Positions 26,068 through 35,325 of a stretch of DNA of 57,234 bases are shown here, piece by piece. A program made the position numbers and the translations under genes. Below the pieces are notes generated by a model. The model worked only from the letters and a program-made list of their open reading frames with translations. It searched no databases and was not told the DNA's origin. Numbering within the stretch: the stretch's first letter is position 1; each line of letters starts with the position of its first letter. This DNA is from Acidobacteriaceae bacterium (GTDB lineage Bacteria > Acidobacteriota > Terriglobia > Terriglobales > Acidobacteriaceae): positions 1 through 57,234 of the forward strand of contig JBEKIN010000001.1 of assembly GCA_050011735.1 (NCBI GenBank). Reading direction: 5' to 3'.

Positions 26068-26598
26068 CTACCAGAGGTGCAGCGTTAGCCCGGTGCTCGC
26101 AATGACCGGGGAGATGCCCTGCCCCGCGTAGATATGCCCGTAGCCCACCTCGAGGATTCGCCAGTCCAGGCGAGGCGCGATGCCATGCGACACGCCCGCG
26201 TCCACCTGCCAGGCCGCTCCCCATGAGGAGCCGAAAATGCCCGCTGAGCTGTAGGAGTCGCTCCGGCCCAAGCCACCCCCGGCCTCCACGAAGACCCTGA
26301 CGAGGGGCAGGGTGACTGCCAGCCGCGGCCCAATGACCGCGTCGTAGGCGTGGAGGTTGGCGTTGCTCGGCAGCGCCGTCGCGCGCGCGACAAATCCGAG
26401 AACATGCCCCTGGATGTACCCGCCGCCGCTTCCGCCCCAGATCACTCCTGCTCCCTGTCCCGCTCGGGCGGCCGAGAATTCAGCGAAAACGCTGGTTCCC
26501 CGCGGACCCACTCCGAGTCCGTCATCCTGCGCAAGCGCCGGAGCTGAGGTGAAGGCAGACAACAAAGCCAGGGCGAGCCAAACGGAAGGGGTCTTCAT
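26068..26598 (-). CDS. Small outer-membrane beta-barrel protein (hypothetical)
   Basis: Signal peptide MKTPSVWLALALLSAFTSAPALA. Alternating Gly/aromatic beta-strand pattern. Terminal aromatic residue (...GLTLHLW), typical of the OMP beta-signal. Confidence 0.65.
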   Translation of the reverse strand: MKTPSVWLALALLSAFTSAPALAQDDGLGVGPRGTSVFAEFSAARAGQGAGVIWGGSGGGYIQGHVLGFVARATALPSNANLHAYDAVIGPRLAVTLPLVRVFVEAGGGLGRSDSYSSAGIFGSSWGAAWQVDAGVSHGIAPRLDWRILEVGYGHIYAGQGISPVIASTGLTLHLW

Positions 26599-26728
26599 CG
26601 GGGTTCTCTCCCATCCATGCGTGCGTTATTGCCCACCTCAGACGCGGCCCTGGGGCGAAAGGTTTCCTCAACCGCACTGGGACAACAAAAATACCCGCCC
26701 CCGCTCACTGAGGTCACACAGCCTTCAT

Positions 26729-27463
26729 TTAAGCGGCTGGCTTCTTCGGAAGAAACGCTCGCATCACCAGCGACAGCCCGAAGCAGATCAGCAGGCAGCG
26801 GATCAGCAGGACCGGATCGTATCGCCACGCCAGGACCGCCAGACAGAGTGGATAGCTCACTGGCAAAAACTCCACCACCAGGCTCATCAGCCATTGGGGC
26901 CGCGCTGTCGACGCCGCAATCCGCGGACGCAGGCTCGGCACCAGACGCGGCACTTGTCTGCGGTACTCCACATACGCTTCGCCGATTTGCCGGGTGAGAA
27001 AATCCTCTTCGCCGAGGATCAGCCGAAAGTAGAACAACCCCAGCACCACCACAAACACCAGCGCGCCCGAGGGCGGCATCAAGATGGCAATGCTCAGCCC
27101 CAGAAACCATGACCCCAGATACAGTGGATTCCGCACATACCGGTACGGTCCCGCCGCCATCACGCTGCCCGCGAGCATCGGCCCCGCGTGCACGATGGAC
27201 GCTCCGAGAAAGGCCGTGCCCCACACCCGCAGCACCGCCCCCAAAAGCCCGGACAGAATCGCCAGCCCCGTCACCAGCAGCGTCGCATGGTCCAGATGCA
27301 GCCAGCCCCACCGCGCCAGCGTCGTAGAAAGCGCCAGCCATGCGGTGGTCGCCGCTGGCCCGAACCGGCCGCTAGTCCACGTCCAGGGCGCCCAAAAGCC
27401 CACCGTATATATCAGGAGGATGATGAGAAGCCGGAGGCGAAATTCAAACTGAGTCGCTTTCAT
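26729..27463 (-). CDS. Membrane methyltransferase of the isoprenylcysteine carboxyl / phospholipid methyltransferase family
   Basis: Multi-TM protein with GPYRYVRNPLYLGSWFLGL, the family SAM-binding signature. Confidence 0.7.
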   Translation of the reverse strand: MKATQFEFRLRLLIILLIYTVGFWAPWTWTSGRFGPAATTAWLALSTTLARWGWLHLDHATLLVTGLAILSGLLGAVLRVWGTAFLGASIVHAGPMLAGSVMAAGPYRYVRNPLYLGSWFLGLSIAILMPPSGALVFVVVLGLFYFRLILGEEDFLTRQIGEAYVEYRRQVPRLVPSLRPRIAASTARPQWLMSLVVEFLPVSYPLCLAVLAWRYDPVLLIRCLLICFGLSLVMRAFLPKKPAA

Positions 27464-27491
27464 GCAGTCTCTTTCTCGTCCAGCGCCGTCA

Positions 27492-28382
27492 TCATCGCAG
27501 CGCTTCCTTCAGCCGCCCATGGGCCGCGGCCAGGCGCGCTTCCGCATCGCGGCGACTCAGCCCCAGCTTGTTCATCACCACGGCCGTCTTCACGGATTCG
27601 GCTCGGGCGAGCAACTGTGCAGCCGCGTCGTATTCCAGTCCCGTGATGGTCGCAATAATCCTCGCCGCGCGATCGGCCAGCTTGGTGTTCGTAGGCTGCA
27701 GGTTCACCATCAAGTTCCCGTAGACATACCCCAGCCGCACCAGCACTCCGGTCGACAGCATGTTCAGCACCAGCTTGGTCGCGGTGCCCGCCTTCATCCG
27801 CGTCGAGCCCGTGACCACCTCAGGCCCCGTCGCCGGCACAATCGCGATTTCCGCCGCGGTCGCGACCTCCGATGCCGGGACGCACGTCAGCCCAATGGTC
27901 AGCGCGCCGAGCTTCCGCGCGTGCTCCAGTCCGCCCAGCACATACGGCGTCCGGCCGCTCGCCGTAATTCCCACCAGCACGTCGCCCGCGCCGAAATCGT
28001 GCTCTTCGAGGTCCCGCGCTCCCAGCGACGGATTGTCCTCCGCCTGCTCGATCGACCGCCGCAGTGCCGCGTCCCCGCCCGCAATGATCCCCTGCACCAG
28101 CTCCGGTGGCGTGTTGTACGACGGCGGTCACTCCGAAGCATCCAGCACCCCCAGCCGTCCCGACGTCCCAGCGCCCAGGTAGAACAGCCGACCGCCTGCT
28201 TCGATCCGCGCCGCAATCGCATCCACCGCCAAGGCAATGCGAGGCAGCTCCCGCTCCACCGCCGCCACCGCTTCCTCGTCTGCCGCGTGCATCATCCGCA
28301 GCATCTCGAGCGTCGACACCTCGTCGATCCGCTCCGATGCGGGATTGCGCGCCTCTGTGGGAAGATTTGCCAGGTCACTCAT
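27492..28382 (-). pseudogene. murQ: N-acetylmuramic acid 6-phosphate etherase interrupted by one in-frame TGA (28128-28130)
   Basis: Track ORFs 28128..28382 and 27492..28097 are in the same frame. Joined, they read ...[38 protein letters not shown]...GITASGRTPYV...GSTRMKAGTATKLVLNMLST. This is collinear with E. coli MurQ (LGILDASECPPTYG..., from memory). The TGA replaces the Cys codon. Confidence 0.7.
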
Positions 28383-28398
28383 TCGAGATGATGCTACC

Positions 28399-28812
28399 TC
28401 AGCGGCCTACGCGCAGCTTCCGGAGAGCCGCCCGCGCGGCCTCGTCGGTTCGCACCTCGCACTCCCACAGCACGGCGACTTTCCAGCCCAGCCTGCGGAG
28501 CGCCGCGGCATGGCGGCGATCCCGAGCGGCGTTGCCGCCTCGCTTCGCCGCCCAGAACTCCGCGCGCGTCGCCGGAACCACCGAACCGTATTTGCAACGG
28601 TGACAGTGCCAAAAACATCCGTGGACGAAAATCGCCGTCTGGTACTTCGGCAGCACGATGTCCGGCCGCCCTGGCAGATCCTTGCGATGGAGCCGGAAGC
28701 GGAACCCCATCGCATGGAGCACGCGCCGCACGCGCACCTCCGGCTTCGTATTCCGCGACCGGATCGCCGCCATGTTGCGGCTCCGCTGCTCGCGTGTGTG
28801 AACGTCGGTCAT
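28399..28812 (-). CDS. vsr: Very-short-patch repair endonuclease
   Basis: [62 protein letters not shown] is the Vsr core. It overlaps the dcm stop by 4 nt (ATGA). Confidence 0.9.
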   Translation of the reverse strand: MTDVHTREQRSRNMAAIRSRNTKPEVRVRRVLHAMGFRFRLHRKDLPGRPDIVLPKYQTAIFVHGCFWHCHRCKYGSVVPATRAEFWAAKRGGNAARDRRHAAALRRLGWKVAVLWECEVRTDEAARAALRKLRVGR

Positions 28813-29903
28813 GACCGCAGCGCAGCCCGTTCAAAAGGAAGCACCCGCCGAACCGGGGCCGTCCTCGAGACAACTCGGTGCGCAATCGTTGGGCGCACCA
28901 GATAGGGCCGCATCGCCCGCGCCACCGTCGCCACCACGGGCACGGCCACGCTGTTTCCGAACTGCTTGTATGCCTGCGTGTCCGAAACCGGTATCCGGAA
29001 GCTGTTTGGAAATCCCATCAGCCGCGCGCATTCCCGGGGCGTCAATCGCCGCGGATTCTCCCCCACGCCCCGGCTAACGAGGATTTCCGAACCGTCCTTG
29101 TAGTACCTCGCCGACAGCGTCCGCGCAATGTCGTCGCGGCCCACGAGCCCAAACCCAAATCCATTCCCCGCGGCGCGATGCTTCGCCGCATACGCCTGCA
29201 GGTACTCCCAAAGCTTCTTCGTCAGCGTGTATTTCGGATTCACCGCGCTCAGCGGCCCGAGCGTGTAGGGCTCCTCCGCCGCTTCGCTCCCGTCCTCGGG
29301 ATGCAGCACGGCCCGCAGCTTGGGTCCCGCGCCGGGCAACGCCACATCGTCCAGGGAAAATCCCGTATCCTCGCGAAACCCCGCGATTAGAATGCGCTCC
29401 CGATGCTGCGGCAGAAAATGAGCGGCGTCGATCACCCGCCAGGAGACGTGGTACCCCAGTTCCTCTTCCAGCGCCTGACGAATGACGCGAAACGTCCGCC
29501 CCCGATCGTGGCTGAGCAGGTTCTTGACGTTTTCCAGCAGAAACGCTCGCGGTCGCTTCGCAGCGAGAACCCGCGCCACGTCGAAAAACAGCGTTCCCTG
29601 CGTCGCGCATGCGAATCCATGCGGCCGTCCCAGCGCATTTTTCTTGCTTACGCCGGCAATGGAAAACGGCTGGCACGGGAAACCGGCCAGCAAGAGGTCA
29701 TGGTCCGGAATCTGGTCGTCGCCCTGTTCGCGAATATCCCCGGCAATCGGCTCGCGCTCGCCAAAATTCGCGGCATACGTCTTCTGCGCAAAAGCGTTCC
29801 ACTCGCTCGTAAACACGCAGCGCCCGCCCGCTGCCTCGAACCCCATGCGCATCCCGCCGATTCCGGCGAAAAGATCGACAAAGCTGAACGCAGCCTTCGG
29901 CAC
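28809..29903 (-). CDS. dcm: DNA (cytosine-5)-methyltransferase, EcoRII-Dcm-like
   Basis: Motif [16 protein letters not shown], motif [13 protein letters not shown], motif VI ENVKNL, motif VIII QHRERI. C-terminal region [15 protein letters not shown]...[37 protein letters not shown] is very close to my recollection of E. coli Dcm. Confidence 0.9.
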   Translation of the reverse strand: MPKAAFSFVDLFAGIGGMRMGFEAAGGRCVFTSEWNAFAQKTYAANFGEREPIAGDIREQGDDQIPDHDLLLAGFPCQPFSIAGVSKKNALGRPHGFACATQGTLFFDVARVLAAKRPRAFLLENVKNLLSHDRGRTFRVIRQALEEELGYHVSWRVIDAAHFLPQHRERILIAGFREDTGFSLDDVALPGAGPKLRAVLHPEDGSEAAEEPYTLGPLSAVNPKYTLTKKLWEYLQAYAAKHRAAGNGFGFGLVGRDDIARTLSARYYKDGSEILVSRGVGENPRRLTPRECARLMGFPNSFRIPVSDTQAYKQFGNSVAVPVVATVARAMRPYLVRPTIAHRVVSRTAPVRRVLPFERAALRS

Positions 29904-29907
29904 AAGC

Positions 29908-30426
29908 CTATTCTCCGCGTTTTGCGGAGGATTTCTTCGCCTTTTTCTCAGGTTTCTTCGGGACAGCCTTCTTCGCCGTCGCCTTCTTCGTCACGGCCTT
30001 CTTCGCCGCCCGCTTCACCGGCGCCTTCTTCCGAGCCGCCAGTGTCTTTTCCTTCAGAGCGGCGGTCAGCTCCTCAACATCCACATGCCGCGCCGACTTG
30101 CGCAGCCGCTCGAGGTCGTAAAACGCCCGCCGATCGCGCAGGAAGATGTGGACCACGAAATCCACGTAGTCCATGAGAATCCACTCGCCCAAGCGGCGAC
30201 CCTCCACCGAGTTGGGATAAGTCCCGAAGTCGCGTTTGAGGCGCAGCTCAATCTCGTCGGCAATCGCCTGGGACTGCCGCTCGTTGGCCGAGCTGGTGAT
30301 CAGGAAGAAATCCGTGAAGGCGGAGTCAGCGGGATCGAGCTGCAATACCCGTGTGTCCTCGCCTTTTTTCTCATCGCAGGCCGCAACCGCGGCCAGCACC
30401 ATCTTGCGGGTTTCCGTCAATGCCAT
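29908..30426 (-). CDS. rsfS: Ribosome silencing factor RsfS with a ~44-aa Lys/Ala-rich C-terminal tail
   Basis: Core [22 protein letters not shown]...[29 protein letters not shown]. Tail [44 protein letters not shown] chose the start at M15 (30426); the ORF is open to 30468. Confidence 0.85.
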   Translation of the reverse strand: MALTETRKMVLAAVAACDEKKGEDTRVLQLDPADSAFTDFFLITSSANERQSQAIADEIELRLKRDFGTYPNSVEGRRLGEWILMDYVDFVVHIFLRDRRAFYDLERLRKSARHVDVEELTAALKEKTLAARKKAPVKRAAKKAVTKKATAKKAVPKKPEKKAKKSSAKRGE

Positions 30427-30498
30427 GCGTGGTTTCAGTGCTCTGGTTTCGATGGTACGGCAATTCACTGTGGTTGGGGAGTTGTCCCGGCGGATGCC

Positions 30499-31182
30499 TC
30501 AGAGCTCCCGGCCTTCTTTGTACAGGCCGTGCTCGCGGATGTATGCGGCCACTGCGGCATCGAGCTCCCCCCGCGCCTCGGCGCCCCGTTGCAGCGACTC
30601 GCGGATGCCGCTGGCCGAGGCCGGCTCCCTAAGGTCCGGCAACAAATACAGCCGCGACTGACGGCGTCCGGCATTCCGCAGGCACAGGACCAGGTTGTCG
30701 CCTTCGGGCGCATCGCTGGACGCGACGGAAATATTCGGCGGCAGCGCGGCGGCCACTCGGCTCAGATCGAATCCTGGGCGCGAGGCCACCACAAAATCGC
30801 AGGCTACCAGCAGGTCGCTGGACCGATACCACTTGCCGATGCTCAGAAAAGAATCGGCGCCCATCAGGCAGAACAGCTCGTCGCCGGCTGCCAGGCCTGC
30901 TTTCAGCGTGCGCACTGCGTCGATAGTGTAATTTGGCCGCCCGTCGGCGCGCGGCGCGTCGATCAGCGACAACTCCATCCCCTTCTCGCCCGAAAGCGCG
31001 AGCCGCGTCATCGCGACGCGATCCGTGAAGCTCGCCTGCGGCCGATCGCGCTTGAGCGGCTGCAACCCCACCGGAGCGAACAACACTCGTCCAAGACCCA
31101 TGCGCTCGCCGGCGAGCCGCGCCAGCGCGATGTGCCCGCGATGCGGCGGATCGAAGCTGCCGCCAAACAAGCCAATCCTCAT
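30499..31182 (-). CDS. nadD: Nicotinate-nucleotide adenylyltransferase
   Basis: MRIGLFGGSFDPPHRGHIALA (the (H/T)xGH nucleotidyltransferase motif). I chose the start at this Met; the track ORF extends 56 codons upstream with non-protein-like sequence. Confidence 0.9.
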   Translation of the reverse strand: MRIGLFGGSFDPPHRGHIALARLAGERMGLGRVLFAPVGLQPLKRDRPQASFTDRVAMTRLALSGEKGMELSLIDAPRADGRPNYTIDAVRTLKAGLAAGDELFCLMGADSFLSIGKWYRSSDLLVACDFVVASRPGFDLSRVAAALPPNISVASSDAPEGDNLVLCLRNAGRRQSRLYLLPDLREPASASGIRESLQRGAEARGELDAAVAAYIREHGLYKEGREL

Positions 31183-31240
31183 TGTTTCTGAGCATAGCGC
31201 GTCACCGGCATCGCCCTTGAAATTCCGGTAGTGTGGGCTG

Positions 31241-31774
31241 GTGAGCCACCTTGCCGCCATCGCGCTGGGCGCGAATCTGCCATCGCCGTCCGGCCCTCCC
31301 GAGCAGACGCTGTCGGCCGCCATCGACGACCTCGCCGCCGCGGGGGTCATCGTCGCCCGCTCTTCGCTCTACCGCACGGAGCCGGTCGGCGTCGCGAACC
31401 AGCCCCCATTTGTCAATGCCGTTGTTACATTAGCGACCGATCTCGATCCCGAAGCTCTCCTCGATCTCCTGCTGGCTATCGAGCGGCGTTCTGGCCGAGA
31501 TCGCGCGAGCGGTGCTCCTAACGGCCCGCGCACCCTCGACCTGGACCTGCTCCTTATCGACGATCTCGTGGTGAGTTCTCCCCGGCTCACCCTTCCCCAT
31601 CCCGCGTTGGCCGACCGCCGATTCGTCCTCGCGCCTCTGTGCGAGATTGCGCCCGACCTTCGCCATCCGATCCTCGATAAATCCATGGCGGAACTCCTGG
31701 CCGCGCTGCCCGAAGAAGGCCCGAACCGTGCCGCTGCCGTGCGAAAGCTACCGTCCCTGCAAACTCAACACTAA
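31241..31774 (+). CDS. folK: 2-amino-4-hydroxy-6-hydroxymethyldihydropteridine diphosphokinase
   Basis: AIALGANL...YRTEPVG..QPPFVNAVV...RWGPRTLDLDLLL-type block (GPRTLDLDLLLI) and LTLPHPALADRRFVLAPL. GTG start. Confidence 0.9.
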   Translation: MSHLAAIALGANLPSPSGPPEQTLSAAIDDLAAAGVIVARSSLYRTEPVGVANQPPFVNAVVTLATDLDPEALLDLLLAIERRSGRDRASGAPNGPRTLDLDLLLIDDLVVSSPRLTLPHPALADRRFVLAPLCEIAPDLRHPILDKSMAELLAALPEEGPNRAAAVRKLPSLQTQH

Positions 31775-31786
31775 AATCAAAGGCTC

Positions 31787-33997
31787 ATGCAGGTTTATCC
31801 CAGCCGGATTTGTCTTCTCGCCGCGCTCGCCCTCGCCGCAGCCGCGACCGCATGCGCCCAGACGCGAGGCGTCGTCCGCAATGCGCATGGAGACCCAATC
31901 CCCTCCGTCACGATCGCTGACATGGCCGGGAACACGCTCGCGGTCTCAGGGGCCGACGGCACTTTCGCTCTGCCCCATCCTCCGCGCCAAATCGAAGTCA
32001 CGGCCCCGCATTACGTAACGGCCGTTGTGACCATTACACCCGGTCAATCCCTGAGCATCGTCCTCCGCCAGCCCCTCGAAACCGTCGTCGTTACGGCCTA
32101 CCGCTCCGCTCTGGGCAGCTCCGACAGTCCGGCCAGCACCCGCGTGCTCGACACGCAGCAGCTCCAGCAAGCAGCATCTCCGTCGCTCGACGGAAAACTG
32201 CGCGAAATCCCCGGATTCACCCTCTTCCGCCGGTCCAGTTCTCTCGTCGCCAACCCAACGACGGAAGGCGTATCCCTGCGCGGCCTCGGCTCCACGGCCG
32301 CGAGCCGTTCGCTGGTCGTACTTGACGACATTCCGCTCAACGATCCCTACGGTGGTTGGGTCCATTGGGAGGAATTGCCCGAGCTTTCCATCCATTCGGT
32401 CGAAGTCGTTCGCGGCGGCGCATCCGACCTCTATGGCTCCAGCGCCATCGGCGGCGTCATGAGCGTTATTCCCGCGCGCCCACAGACCTCCGGCATTCAG
32501 ATACTCACCAGCGGCGGGTCCGAGAGCACGCTCGACGACGGCGCGCTCGCAACCGCGAAGCAAGGCCCATGGTCCGCGCTCGCCAGCGGCGGCCTCATCG
32601 CCACCGACGGCTACACGCTCATCGCGCCCGATCTCCGCGGCCCTATCGATCAGCCGTCCAACGTTCATGCACAGAATGGCCTCGCCGAAGTCGACCGCGG
32701 GCTGCCCGGAGACGGCCGCATTTTTGTCCGCAGCAACGTCCTCAACGAAATCCGCCACAACGGTACGCCGGCTCAATGGAATTCGACCCGCCTCTGGCGC
32801 GGCGCAGCGGGGGCTGACTGGCGCGACTTCGCTCTGCGCCTCTACGGCGACGACGAGCACTACCGCCAGACCTTTTCCAGCATCGCCGCCGACCGCGCCT
32901 CCGAAAAGCTGACGCGTTTCGCCTTCGATCCCGCTGACGAACTGGGCGCTGCCCTGCGCTGGCATCGGCCCATTGGCGGCCACGCGCTTGTTCTCGCCGG
33001 CGCCGACACGCACGATGTGCGCGCCGAAGACAGCGAGCAGCTCTTCACCGGTGCTGGCGGCTTTCTCTCGACCTCCGCGCGCCAGCGCCAAACCGGCGTC
33101 TGGGGCGAAGCTCTTCTCACGCCAAAAAGCTGGATCTTCAGCGGCTCTGCCCGCGTGGACCATTTCTCTAACTTCAACGCGCGGCAGTTCTCAAGTTCGG
33201 GGCCGCCGGTCCAGCTCCCGGATTTCAGCGAGACCGTCTTCGATCCGCGCCTCGGCCTTGTGCGACGGCTCACTTCCTCACTTGCCTGGAACGCATCCGC
33301 CTTCCGCGCCTACCGCGCGCCTACCGAAAACGAGCTCTACCGCACCGGTCAGGTCGGCCAGCAGGTCACCGAACCCAATCCCAACCTTCGCTCCGAGCGC
33401 GCCACGGGCTGGGAAACCGGCTTCCAGGCCGACATTCGCCGCTATGGCTCCAGCCTTCGCGCCAGTTATTTCTGGACACAGGTCAACCGCCCCATCACCG
33501 CCCTGACGCTCAGCGTGACCCCCACGTCCGAAATACTCCAGCGCGAAAATCTTGGACAGATCGAAAGCCGCGGCGTTTCCCTCGACTACGCTATGCAGCC
33601 CGTTTCATGGATCGGCATCGAGGGCGGCTATCAATTTGCCAACGCTACTGTGACAAAATTTGCTCCCGAGCCGCAGCTCATCGGCGACTGGATCCCCCAG
33701 GTCGCTCGCAATATGGCAACGTCGCAGCTCCGCTTGACCCGCGCTCGTTTCGGAGTTCTCAGCGTCCAGGGTCAGATCACCGGCCGGCAGTTCGACGACG
33801 ATGCCAACGCCTACCTGCTGCACAGCTATTTCCGCCTGGACGCCTCCGCCGAACACAACTTCGGCCGCCACATCGTCGCCTTCGCGTCAGGCGAAAACCT
33901 CTTCGACCGCTCCATCGAAGTGGGGAAGACGCCGCTCCTCACCCTGGGAACGCCACGGATCGTGCGCGTGGGCCTGAGACTGAACTTCGGGGAATGA
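31787..33997 (+). CDS. TonB-dependent outer-membrane receptor with N-terminal carboxypeptidase-regulatory-like domain
   Basis: Signal peptide. GVVRNAHGDPIPSVTIADMAGNTLAVSGADGTFAL (CarboxypepD_reg-like). Plug region (EGVSLRGLGSTAASRSLVVLDDIPLNDPYGGWV). C-terminal barrel ending ...VGLRLNFGE. Confidence 0.85.
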   Translation: MQVYPSRICLLAALALAAAATACAQTRGVVRNAHGDPIPSVTIADMAGNTLAVSGADGTFALPHPPRQIEVTAPHYVTAVVTITPGQSLSIVLRQPLETVVVTAYRSALGSSDSPASTRVLDTQQLQQAASPSLDGKLREIPGFTLFRRSSSLVANPTTEGVSLRGLGSTAASRSLVVLDDIPLNDPYGGWVHWEELPELSIHSVEVVRGGASDLYGSSAIGGVMSVIPARPQTSGIQILTSGGSESTLDDGALATAKQGPWSALASGGLIATDGYTLIAPDLRGPIDQPSNVHAQNGLAEVDRGLPGDGRIFVRSNVLNEIRHNGTPAQWNSTRLWRGAAGADWRDFALRLYGDDEHYRQTFSSIAADRASEKLTRFAFDPADELGAALRWHRPIGGHALVLAGADTHDVRAEDSEQLFTGAGGFLSTSARQRQTGVWGEALLTPKSWIFSGSARVDHFSNFNARQFSSSGPPVQLPDFSETVFDPRLGLVRRLTSSLAWNASAFRAYRAPTENELYRTGQVGQQVTEPNPNLRSERATGWETGFQADIRRYGSSLRASYFWTQVNRPITALTLSVTPTSEILQRENLGQIESRGVSLDYAMQPVSWIGIEGGYQFANATVTKFAPEPQLIGDWIPQVARNMATSQLRLTRARFGVLSVQGQITGRQFDDDANAYLLHSYFRLDASAEHNFGRHIVAFASGENLFDRSIEVGKTPLLTLGTPRIVRVGLRLNFGE

Positions 33998-34025
33998 AGC
34001 GTCGGCCATCCAGCAAACCGAGATC

Positions 34026-34409
34026 TTAAAGCGACGAAGCGTCGCGCCGCGCATAGTACAGCGCCCATGCGATCAACACAAACTGCAGCGGAATGCGCAC
34101 CCACAGAACCCACACGGGCGCCTCAGGGAACCGCGCCGGATGACGCAGCATGAAAACATGCACGTCGAAGAAGACCACCAGCATGAGCGCGATGCCCACA
34201 GCGGAGAAACGCCGCGTGGCGGGCAGCAGCAGACCCAGCCCGCCAAAAACCTCTGCTACTCCGCTCAGCCCCACCAGCGCCAGGGGATGCGAATAGTGGT
34301 CCGGCATGATGTGCAGGTAAAAATTCTGATGCCAGAAGTGGTTGATCCCGCTGGCGACATAAAGAAAAGACTGCGCGATCAGGCTCGCTCGCGCCCCACG
34401 CCTCAGCAC
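34026..34409 (-). CDS. DoxX-like small integral membrane protein
   Basis: 127 aa with four predicted TM segments. GLSGVAEVFGGLGLLLPATRRFSAVGIALMLV resembles DoxX-family helices. Confidence 0.55.
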   Translation of the reverse strand: MLRRGARASLIAQSFLYVASGINHFWHQNFYLHIMPDHYSHPLALVGLSGVAEVFGGLGLLLPATRRFSAVGIALMLVVFFDVHVFMLRHPARFPEAPVWVLWVRIPLQFVLIAWALYYARRDASSL

Positions 34410-35299
34410 TTGCTCTCAACCAGCGCCGCCACGCCCGCGCCGATCACCGCCAGCGACGGATCCTCCGGCAGTATTTCCGCCGTATAGTTCTGGAGCGGGC
34501 TCATCTTGATGGTCTCCCACAAGTATTGCTTCAGCCGCGGCAGCTCCAGCCGCTGGATGTCGCGCCCGGTGTAGTAGAAGCGGCCCGCGCCCTCCAGGTG
34601 AATCATCGACGCCGTCGCCGCCGCCAGCGCGCGATGCCACAGCTCCACGAACTCCGCGCAACGCCGGTCGCCTTTCTTCGCCGCGGCGAACACCTCGTCC
34701 GGCTCCATATCCAGGAACCGCAGCCGCATCGCGCGGTGCCCCATGATTCCTTCCAGGTGTCCGTGCCCGCCGCAGCCGCAGTAGTTCTCCTTCGCGTCGA
34801 GCGTCACCACCGTGTGTCCACCCTCCCACGGCCCTTCGGTAATTGGATACCGCCCAAACCCGATGCCATTCCCGATCGTCCACACCCGCACCTGGCGATC
34901 CATCAGCCCCCGCGTCGCCGCGATCCCGGCCGCCACCGCGTCTGCATCGTTAAACACGCTCAGCTTCACGTCGACGCCGCGCTTCTTCAGCCCCGCGCTG
35001 ATCGAGTTGCAAACCGGCGCGCCCTTCAACTGAGGGAGATTCGGCGCGTCCAGCATGATCCCCTGGTGCACGTATCCAGGCAACGCCACGCCCGCGGCGT
35101 CAATCGCTGCTCCTTTGGGAACCAGACCTGCGATGGCATCGCAGATCATGTCGCAGAGGCTTTCGGCCGGGACCTCAATCAGTCCATTGGTGTCGTCGAT
35201 GTTCTCCGGAAACTCCCTGAGCTCGCCCCGCAGCTGGTGGTCTTCGACGAATCCCGCGACCACTCGCGTGGTCAGCACCGCGCCCACCGTTTTCGACAT
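34403..35299 (-). CDS. ROK-family sugar kinase (no N-terminal HTH)
   Basis: ROK zinc motif CGCGGHGHLEG, GNGIGFG, and DADAVAAG. 298 aa. Confidence 0.8.
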   Translation of the reverse strand: MSKTVGAVLTTRVVAGFVEDHQLRGELREFPENIDDTNGLIEVPAESLCDMICDAIAGLVPKGAAIDAAGVALPGYVHQGIMLDAPNLPQLKGAPVCNSISAGLKKRGVDVKLSVFNDADAVAAGIAATRGLMDRQVRVWTIGNGIGFGRYPITEGPWEGGHTVVTLDAKENYCGCGGHGHLEGIMGHRAMRLRFLDMEPDEVFAAAKKGDRRCAEFVELWHRALAAATASMIHLEGAGRFYYTGRDIQRLELPRLKQYLWETIKMSPLQNYTAEILPEDPSLAVIGAGVAALVESKC

Positions 35300-35325
35300 A
35301 GGACCCTCCGCCGCAGCCCCGCGGC

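Noticed and set aside
28095-28130. Selenocysteine insertion at the murQ TGA.
   Set aside because: It is not excluded, but I disfavour it. Only a weak 4-5 bp hairpin lies at the SECIS position, no sel genes are in the window, and MurQ chemistry does not use a redox Cys. A point mutation or base-call error needs only one change (TGC/TGT to TGA).
27464-30498. A complete restriction-modification system or mobile island around dcm-vsr.
   Set aside because: There is no endonuclease-like ORF, integrase, tRNA attachment site or flanking direct repeat. The neighbouring genes are housekeeping with tiny intergenic gaps.
29482-31191. 569-aa plus-strand ORF spanning the dcm, rsfS and nadD region.
   Set aside because: It is antisense to three genes with clear motifs on the minus strand. 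A single ORF crossing three gene boundaries is an artefact of GC bias.
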